This document shows positions 57,297-64,000 of a stretch of DNA of 64,000 nucleotides, piece after piece. A program made the translations under genes and the position numbers. The notes beneath the pieces were generated by a model that saw only the letters and a list, made by a program, of their open reading frames with translations, was not told the origin of the DNA and did no database searches. The stretch is from Dehalococcoidia bacterium (GTDB lineage Bacteria > Chloroflexota > Dehalococcoidia > Lucifugimonadales > G963668185), in NCBI GenBank assembly GCA_963668185.1, contig OY764162.1:678915-742914 (forward strand), given 5' to 3'. Each line of letters opens with the position of its first letter. Position 1 is the stretch's first letter.

Positions 57297-58526
57297 CTAC
57301 TGGACCGTGCCGTTGTAGTTGCGCTTGAATGAGTCGTAATCGGGCGCGGTCGTGGTAATCTCCACCGTGCCCGCCATCACCTCTTGCGTCTTCAGGCCGT
57401 TGCCCGTGATGTAAGCGACCGTCAGTTCATCATGGCCGATTCGCCCGCTCTCCACAAGGTTCTTGAGGCCGGAGATCACCACGCCCCCCGCGGTTTCCGT
57501 GAATATGCCCTCGGTCTCGGCCAGCAGCTTTATCCCTTCGGCAACCTGCTCTTCCCTGCAGATCACTCCCGAGCCGTTGGACGCCTTCACCGTCCTCAGC
57601 GCGTAGATACCGTCCGCGGGGTTGCCGATGGCGAGCGACTTCGCGACTGTGCTCGGCTTGACGGGCCGCACCTGCGTTTCGTCATCCTCCCATGCCCTCA
57701 CGATCGGGGAGCACCCCTCCGCCTGGGCGACGTGCATCCGGGTTCCAACGCCGTCGATCAGATCGAGGTCACAGAACTCGTTCAGTCCCCGCCATATCTT
57801 CGTGAACATCGCTCCCGACGCCGCCGGAACGACGCAGTGGTCGGGAGCCTGCCAACCAAGCTGCTCCGCGACCTCGTAACCCAGCGTCTTGCTGCCCTCG
57901 GCGTAGTACGGGCGCATGTTGATGTTGACGAAGGCCCAGCGGTTGTTGTCCGCCACTTCGCTGCACAGGCGATTCACCTGGTCGTAGTTGCCTTCGATAG
58001 CGATCATGCGGGCGCCGTAAACGCCGGCGCCGAGGATCTTTCCCTGCTCAAGGTCGGCGGGAAAGAATACGACGGTCTCCATGCCGGCCTTCGCTCCGTG
58101 CGCGCCTACCGCGCCCATCAGGTTGCCCGTGGAAGCGCAGGCCAGCGTGTCGAACTCGAACTCAAGCGCCTTCGTGGACGCCACCGAGACAACCCGGTCC
58201 TTGAACGAGAAGGACGGATTGACGCTGTCGTTCTTGACGTACAGGTTGTTCAGGCCCAGCGCGCGGCCGAGGTTTTTGGCGCGAACCAGAGGCGTGAAGC
58301 CGGTCCCAAGGTCAACCGGCTTTTCGGACTCGACCGGCAGCAGGTCGCCGTATCGCCACATCGTGGGAGGGCCCTGCCGTATCCGGTCTCGGGAGATCAC
58401 ACGGCTGATAGCATCGTAGTCGTACTCTACTTCGACAGGCCCGAAGCAGAGGTCACATACGCTTATGGGTTCCGCAGGGTACTCTGCGCCGCACTCGCGG
58501 CACCGGAGACATCGGACCTTTTCCAA
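57297..58526 (-). CDS. thrC: Threonine synthase-like PLP enzyme
   Basis: CRECG, NPSFSFKDR, ASTGN, EGSKT, SLAIGNP, TGNGLK. Confidence 0.88.
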   Translation of the reverse strand: MEKVRCLRCRECGAEYPAEPISVCDLCFGPVEVEYDYDAISRVISRDRIRQGPPTMWRYGDLLPVESEKPVDLGTGFTPLVRAKNLGRALGLNNLYVKNDSVNPSFSFKDRVVSVASTKALEFEFDTLACASTGNLMGAVGAHGAKAGMETVVFFPADLEQGKILGAGVYGARMIAIEGNYDQVNRLCSEVADNNRWAFVNINMRPYYAEGSKTLGYEVAEQLGWQAPDHCVVPAASGAMFTKIWRGLNEFCDLDLIDGVGTRMHVAQAEGCSPIVRAWEDDETQVRPVKPSTVAKSLAIGNPADGIYALRTVKASNGSGVICREEQVAEGIKLLAETEGIFTETAGGVVISGLKNLVESGRIGHDELTVAYITGNGLKTQEVMAGTVEITTTAPDYDSFKRNYNGTVQ

Positions 58527-58616
58527 TAGCCGTTCCTAAGCTCCGGCCGTGTGATTGTGGGAAGGCCCGGACACCGCTCTCGACGCCTCGCGCCGAGCCT
58601 TCTTGAACTTGGGCGG

Positions 58617-58646
58617 ATACTAGCAATCCCAAGCTGAGAGTGTCAA
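58617..58646 (-). promoter_or_regulatory. Putative sigma70 promoter of the thrC-like/MoaD operon
   Basis: Minus strand TTGACA-N18-TAGTAT with an extended TGn. Confidence 0.6.
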
Positions 58647-58778
58647 GAAATGCAAGCTGCGCCACAGCTGTGGCCGTGGTTCGACAGGCTCACCACGAAC
58701 GAAACGGAAACGCTGTCTGCCGGAACTTGTCCGGCGTTGGACCTCTGGCTATACTCAGACGGAGCGAGGTTCTTTGTG

Positions 58779-59429
58779 ATGGCGGCCAGGTCTCTCCCTC
58801 TGTTTCCTCTTCAGACGGTCCTGTTTCCAAAGGGAACGCTGCCGCTCCAGATATTCGAAGAGCGGTACAAGCTGATGCTCCAGCACTGCTTGAACGCCGA
58901 TTCCAAGTTTGGAGTCGTGCTCATCAAGAGCGGGCCGGAAGTAGGAGGCCCGGCAACCACCTACAACGTAGGAACGGTGGCGAAGATCGTTCAGGTGAGC
59001 CCGGTGAGAGAGGGACGAATCTTCATCTCCGTGTATGGCCTGGAGCGCTTCGAGATCTCGGGACTCAAGCAAGTGGACCCCTACATGGAAGCGCGGGTAG
59101 AAGCTCTGCCCGATACCGAAGACGATCCTCCGTTGTCGTCGGAGCGCGTCGCCGGCATCAGAGAGGCCGCCGCCCAGCACGTGCGGCTTTCGCTGGGCAT
59201 GAGGGCCGGCTGGACGCGCGACATCACCCTGCCGGACGAGCTGGGTGATCTTTCCTACCACCTCGCGGCTGTTATCCAGGCGCCGACCCAACTCAAGCAG
59301 AAGTTGCTGGAACAGCCGTCGACGGCCCGCCGGCTGGAACTGGAGGCGCAGTGGATGGACTCGACCAGGGACCCCCTCAAGGCGCAGGTGGCCCAACGGC
59401 TCCTATACAAGAGGTTTGGCCGCCAATAG
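58779..59429 (+). CDS. LON peptidase substrate-binding domain protein
   Basis: LPLFPLQTVLFP, LPLQIFEERY, FGVVLI, KQKLLE. Confidence 0.92.
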   Translation: MAARSLPLFPLQTVLFPKGTLPLQIFEERYKLMLQHCLNADSKFGVVLIKSGPEVGGPATTYNVGTVAKIVQVSPVREGRIFISVYGLERFEISGLKQVDPYMEARVEALPDTEDDPPLSSERVAGIREAAAQHVRLSLGMRAGWTRDITLPDELGDLSYHLAAVIQAPTQLKQKLLEQPSTARRLELEAQWMDSTRDPLKAQVAQRLLYKRFGRQ

Positions 59430-59476
59430 GCCCAATCGCAAGGTCTCCCGATGCGGGAGCCGCGTTCAGGCCGACT

Positions 59477-60673
59477 CTAGAGCCTGCTATGAGCGTCAAC
59501 TACGTCGGCCAGCTTCGCGATCCCCTCGTGAATCTCGGTAGTTGAGTTGTAGCCGAAGCACAGGCGCGCGTAGTTCCGGCCCTCGCCCGTAGGCGAGAAT
59601 ATGACGCCGCTCTGGTACAGCACGCCAGCCTCAGCCGCCTCTTCGCGGCAGGCTTCGAGGTCCGTTCCTTCCGGCATCTTCATCCACACGTAAAGTCCGC
59701 CTTCCGGCCTGCTCGACGTGGCTGACGACCCGAAGCTCTCGCCAATGGCCGCGAGCATCGCGTCGCGCTTGGCGCGCTGCACGTCAAGCATGTGGTCCAG
59801 GTGGTCCGGCAGGACGTTCCTCCCGAACCTGTGGATCGTCATGGCTGCCATCTCGTTTATGCCGCCGCCCGCTTTGATCGGCGGAATGCGGTCGAGCACC
59901 TCGTCCGGGGCCTCGACGTAGCCCATGCGCACGCCCGGCGCGACTATCTTGGAGAACGATCCGACATAGAGCACGCGGCCGCTGTCGTCGAGAGACCTGA
60001 TCGAGTGAACGTTCTCGCCCTCGTATCTCAGGTCCACGTAGCAGTCGTCTTCGAAGACGACTATGCCGTGGCGTCCGGTTACGTCGAGTATGGCCCTGCG
60101 CCGTTCCATGCTCATGGTCCAGCCCTGGGGATTCTGGAACGTGGGGATCAGGTAAACGAACTTGATCTTCCTCCCCTCGTCGGTTGCCGACACTATCGCT
60201 TCATCAAGCGCGTCGGGCAACATTCCGTCATCGTCGCTGGGTATGCCCCGCACCTCAGCGCCAAAGCCGCGGAACATGTTCAACGTGCCGGAGTAGAAGA
60301 AGTCGTCGGCCAGGACCACGTCTCCAGGGTCCAGCAGCGAGCGGCAGAGCAGATAGATGACTTGGCTCGAACCCTCGCCAAGATAGACGTTGTCCGGGTG
60401 CGTGGCTATGCCGCGATCCGAGGCCAGCTTCTCAGCGACGTACTCGCGCAGCGGCGGGTAGCCCTGGGGATTCGGGTACAAAGCGAGGCCTGCCGCCTCT
60501 TCCCGCATCGCCGCCGCAAGCGACTCCACAAGCTCGTCTCCGGGAATGGTCTCCGGGTCCGGGTAGGCTACGGCGAAGTCGTACTTTGCCCGCCTGGCCG
60601 GTTGCCTGCTGCGTCCTTCGGGCAGCCCGTCCGCAAACAGGGTCTCATAGCTGAACTGGTTCGTACTCGACAA
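59477..60673 (-). CDS. PLP-dependent aminotransferase class I/II (LysN/MocR-core-like)
   Basis: GYPPLRE, PTFQNPQG, EDDCY, GSFSKIVAPGVRMG, PEGGLYVW. Confidence 0.92.
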   Translation of the reverse strand: MSSTNQFSYETLFADGLPEGRSRQPARRAKYDFAVAYPDPETIPGDELVESLAAAMREEAAGLALYPNPQGYPPLREYVAEKLASDRGIATHPDNVYLGEGSSQVIYLLCRSLLDPGDVVLADDFFYSGTLNMFRGFGAEVRGIPSDDDGMLPDALDEAIVSATDEGRKIKFVYLIPTFQNPQGWTMSMERRRAILDVTGRHGIVVFEDDCYVDLRYEGENVHSIRSLDDSGRVLYVGSFSKIVAPGVRMGYVEAPDEVLDRIPPIKAGGGINEMAAMTIHRFGRNVLPDHLDHMLDVQRAKRDAMLAAIGESFGSSATSSRPEGGLYVWMKMPEGTDLEACREEAAEAGVLYQSGVIFSPTGEGRNYARLCFGYNSTTEIHEGIAKLADVVDAHSRL

Positions 60674-60853
60674 AGGTTGCCTCCTGATCCTGGGCTGGTG
60701 TCCGTCGATGCCCTCCGATCGATCTCGTATGGGATCAAGGTAGTAGTCTATTGCGAGAGCGCGAGCCGTACAACCCTGCGCCCTACTACGGTGCTACAAT
60801 CTGCGGCGCATCGTTCGGACGCGGCGCCTCAAGGAAGCTATCGGTCTATCGCC

Positions 60854-62065
60854 TTGCCAGCAAGAAACTTCGACGTAGCCATCATAGGCGGCGGCATCAT
60901 CGGCCTGGCCACGGCCATGCGAATGGCCGAGAACAACAGCGGGTCGAGTTTCGTGGTCCTGGAGAAGGAAGACCGGCTTGCCCAGCACCAGACCGGCCAC
61001 AACAGCGGCGTCATACATGCGGGCATCTACTATGCGCCGGGTTCCAGCAAAGCCAACTTCTGCTCTGAAGGCGGCGCCCTTCTCCGCCGGTTCTGCGACG
61101 ACCACGGGGTGGCCTACGACATGTGCGGCAAGGTCATCGTCGCAACAGACGAGTCTGAGATTCCCGGCCTGGAGGAACTCTACCGCCGGGGCACGGTCAA
61201 CGGCGCCGTGGGGCTGCGGATCGTGGACAGGGAGGAGTTGCTGGAGCTGGAGCCGCACGCGGCGGGAGTCAGGGCGATCCACTCGCCCGGCACGGGGATC
61301 ATCGACTTCGTGGCGGTCTCCGAGGCATACGCCGATGAGTTCAGGCGTTCAGGCGGGGAGATCGTGCTTGGCGCAGAGGTCTCGTCGGCAGCGCGGCACG
61401 GCGGCCTGCGAACGCTGGAGACGAGTCAGGGCGACTTTTCGGCGAGGTACGTGATCAACTGCGCCGGACTCCAGGCTGATCGCGTGGCGCTGATGATGGG
61501 CGCGCAGTTGGACGTGCAGATCGTCCCTTTCCGAGGGGAGTACTTCACGATACGCCCTGAAAGCGCGAGCCTCGTGAACGGGCTGATCTACCCGGTCCCG
61601 GACCCGAAGCTGCCATTTCTGGGCGTCCATTTCACCAAGAGGATCGACGGTTCCGTCGAGGCTGGGCCAAACGCCGTGATGGCGTTCGCCAGGGAGGGAT
61701 ACGGGCGTACATCGTTCAGGCTGGGCGATGCGCTGGAGTCGATAAGGTTCGCCGGCTTCTGGAAGATGGCCCTCCAGCACTGGAAGACGGGCCTTGGCGA
61801 GCAGTACAGATCGCTGGTCAAGGGCCGGTTTCTGCGCTCGCTGCAGGTCCTCGTACCGGAAATCACGATGGACGACCTGGGAGAGCCCGGGGCAGGCGTC
61901 AGGGCCCAGGTGGTGTCCAGAGACGGGGCGCTGCTTCAGGACTTCAGCATCGCGTCGTCCGAACATGCCATTCACGTGGTAAGCGCGCCCTCACCGGGCG
62001 CGACTTCGTCGCTGGCGATCGCGGACCACATCTCGCAACTGGCCGCAGACACGTTTCGCTTGTGA
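60854..62065 (+). CDS. lhgO: L-2-hydroxyglutarate oxidase
   Basis: IIGGGIIGLA, HQTGHNSGVIHAGIYY, PFRGEY, PFLGVHFT, AGVRAQ, SPGATS; TTG start at 60854 inferred. Confidence 0.92.
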   Translation: MPARNFDVAIIGGGIIGLATAMRMAENNSGSSFVVLEKEDRLAQHQTGHNSGVIHAGIYYAPGSSKANFCSEGGALLRRFCDDHGVAYDMCGKVIVATDESEIPGLEELYRRGTVNGAVGLRIVDREELLELEPHAAGVRAIHSPGTGIIDFVAVSEAYADEFRRSGGEIVLGAEVSSAARHGGLRTLETSQGDFSARYVINCAGLQADRVALMMGAQLDVQIVPFRGEYFTIRPESASLVNGLIYPVPDPKLPFLGVHFTKRIDGSVEAGPNAVMAFAREGYGRTSFRLGDALESIRFAGFWKMALQHWKTGLGEQYRSLVKGRFLRSLQVLVPEITMDDLGEPGAGVRAQVVSRDGALLQDFSIASSEHAIHVVSAPSPGATSSLAIADHISQLAADTFRL

Positions 62066-62078
62066 AAGGAGACTTGAG

Positions 62079-62996
62079 ATGAAGATGGCGTACGCCTTCA
62101 GGAAGAGTTCGTATTACCCCTGGATAGGGCTCCGCTTCGCGGGCTTGCCGGACCATCGGGCTCGATCGGCGTGGCTGGACGACGTGCAAGAGATCGGGTT
62201 CGAAGCGATCGAGTTGGGGATGCCGGACCTCGAAGGCCTGGAAGGAGGCCCGGCCGCGGCGACTGAACTGAGGGCGGAACTGGACGGAAGAGGCCTGGGG
62301 CGAACCGTCCGGATCGGGGCTGGCTTCGCCAATCCCCGGACCGAGGGCAGGAACCGCGCCGCCCTGCTGAAGGCCATCGAGTCGTCCGGGAGCATTGGCG
62401 CAGAGATCCTCAACGTCGTGGTCGCCAGCGGGCTCAGGCATCCAGGCGCGCCCGGCTCAAGCACCGGCGAGCCGGTCTCGCAGGGTTCGAGCCGCGATGC
62501 GACGCACGACGACTTCGAGCGGACCGCGCGACATCTGCGGGACGCGGCTGAGGAGGCCGTCAAGCACGGAATGATAATCACCATCGAGTTGCACCACCTG
62601 TCGCTGGCTGACAATAGCTGGTCGATGCTTCATCTGCTTGACTTGGTCGACAGTCCCGCAGTGCTTGCGAATCCCGACTTGGGGAACGTCATCTGGGCTT
62701 ACGACGTTCCCGAGGAGACTACCGAGGACGCGATCGTGGCGCTGGCCCCGCGGGCGGGGTACTGGCACTGCAAGAACCTGATCAGGGTGCCCATCTTGAA
62801 GGGCGAGCGCACGGAGTTCATAAAGGCGGCGCTGCCCGACGGCGAAATCGACTACCGGTTTTCGGTCGCCGCCATGCTCGACGCCGGGTACGACGGGTAC
62901 ATGGCGGTGGAGGGCGCGCTCTGGGGCGACCAACTCCACCAGGACAAGCGCAGCTTCGACTACGCGAAAGGGCTGATCGAGAGCCTCAGCAGCTAG
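62079..62996 (+). CDS. Sugar phosphate isomerase/epimerase family (xylose isomerase-like TIM barrel)
   Basis: GFEAIEL, IELH, NPDLGN, HCKN, GEIDY, GYDGYMAVE. Confidence 0.85.
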   Translation: MKMAYAFRKSSYYPWIGLRFAGLPDHRARSAWLDDVQEIGFEAIELGMPDLEGLEGGPAAATELRAELDGRGLGRTVRIGAGFANPRTEGRNRAALLKAIESSGSIGAEILNVVVASGLRHPGAPGSSTGEPVSQGSSRDATHDDFERTARHLRDAAEEAVKHGMIITIELHHLSLADNSWSMLHLLDLVDSPAVLANPDLGNVIWAYDVPEETTEDAIVALAPRAGYWHCKNLIRVPILKGERTEFIKAALPDGEIDYRFSVAAMLDAGYDGYMAVEGALWGDQLHQDKRSFDYAKGLIESLSS

Positions 62997-63002
62997 GAAC
63001 CG

Positions 63003-64000
63003 CTAGCGTCGGAACTCGTTGAGGCGGCTGAGCCTCTCGCCCACCCGGTGCAGCGTGTCTTCGTTCTTGGCGAACGCGAAGCGGACGAAGGGTCTGGCCT
63101 GCTCTTCGCTGTGGTAGAAGGCCCTGCCCGGAACGGGGGTTACGCCGATCTCACGGCACAGGAAGTATGAGAACTCCAGGTCGTCGTCGTAGCCGCAGTC
63201 AGGGTACCTGCACATGACGTAGTAGGCGCCCATCGGAGTAGTGAAGTCGAAGCCGGCGTCGCGCAGCATGGGAAGGAACATGTCGCGGCGGCGCTGGTAG
63301 CCTTGCCCAAGCTCCCTGTAGTACTCAGGCCCGTACCTGAGCGCAGTGGCGGCGGCCTCCTGCAGCGGGTGAGCCGCGCCGATCGACAGGAAGTCGTGGA
63401 CCCGGCGGATTCCGGTGGCGATCTCGTCGTTCGAGGTCACGGCCCAGCCGATGCGCCAGCCGGTTGCGCTGTACGTCTTGGAGAAGCTGTTCACCGTCAC
63501 AGTGCGGTCCGCCATCCCCGGCAGTGACGCGATGCTGTAATGGACGGCCTCATCGTAGATGATGTGCTCGTAGGGCTCGTCGGTGAGGGCGACGGCGTCG
63601 TACTCGATGCAGAGTTCCGCAATCAGTTGCAGCTCCTCCAGCGAATAGACCTTGCCAGTGGGATTCTGCGGCGTGTTGACGACTATCGCCTTGGTGTTTG
63701 GATTGAACGCGGCCCGCAGTTCGTCTTCGTCGAACCAGACGCGATCGCCCTCGGAGCGCAGCTGCACGTACACGGGCTTCCCGCCTGAAAGGATCGAGTC
63801 CGGGCCGTAGTTCTCATAGAACGGCTCGAACACGACGACCTCTTCGCCGGGATTGACCACGGCCATCATCGCGGCGATCATCGACTCGGTGGCTCCGCAG
63901 CAGACGGTCACGTGTTGAGCCGGATCTACCTCCACGCCGTTGAAGCTGGCGAACTTGTCCGCGATCGCTTGCCGGATCGAGTCTGTGCCCCACGTGACCG
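63003..64000 (-). CDS. PLP-dependent aminotransferase class I/II (methionine/kynurenine aminotransferase-like); 5' end outside the window
   Basis: FEPFYENY, NTPQNPTG, DEPYEH, SFSKTYSATGWRIG, VRFAFAK; the frame appears open to the edge. Confidence 0.9.
   Translation of the reverse strand, partial: VTWGTDSIRQAIADKFASFNGVEVDPAQHVTVCCGATESMIAAMMAVVNPGEEVVVFEPFYENYGPDSILSGGKPVYVQLRSEGDRVWFDEDELRAAFNPNTKAIVVNTPQNPTGKVYSLEELQLIAELCIEYDAVALTDEPYEHIIYDEAVHYSIASLPGMADRTVTVNSFSKTYSATGWRIGWAVTSNDEIATGIRRVHDFLSIGAAHPLQEAAATALRYGPEYYRELGQGYQRRRDMFLPMLRDAGFDFTTPMGAYYVMCRYPDCGYDDDLEFSYFLCREIGVTPVPGRAFYHSEEQARPFVRFAFAKNEDTLHRVGERLSRLNEFRR

Overview
GC-rich bacterial chromosomal window. The gene content (luciferase-like monooxygenase, acVLRF1, DUF5679-like, Uma2, many amino-acid/sulfonate catabolic enzymes, aroK-aroB fusion) suggests Chloroflexota, most likely a Dehalococcoidia/SAR202-like lineage; this is inference. 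It holds about 60 genes: housekeeping (alaS, ruvX, aroC, aroE, aroKB, tgt, rpiB, thrC-like), catabolic (glcDEF-like, ComD/E-like, Mo-hydroxylase large subunit, D-aminoacylase, lhgO), a GldA/FG-like ABC system and scattered TA/defence genes. Several REP-like palindrome families occur. The main hidden signal is two genes that the ORF track breaks at an in-frame UGA. Each UGA sits at a redox-Cys position and is followed by a SECIS-like hairpin. One is a thioredoxin-NHL (NHLRC2/SOQ1-like) protein with C-U-I-N-C (7129-8619). The other is a cation/proton antiporter fused to a rhodanese domain with Y-C-A-U-P (30569-32167, minus). Both are candidate selenoproteins. Also notable are a Type IIG/ISP-like R-M gene frameshifted in a C11 tract (possible phase variation), an MTase-HNH fusion, a PhyH-family enzyme with a halogenase-like HxG motif, and a zeta-like ATPase with a duplicated tail and an in-frame palindromic element. 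I recognised no tRNA, rRNA, CRISPR array, transposase or sel genes. All family calls come from motif recognition by eye, not database searches.
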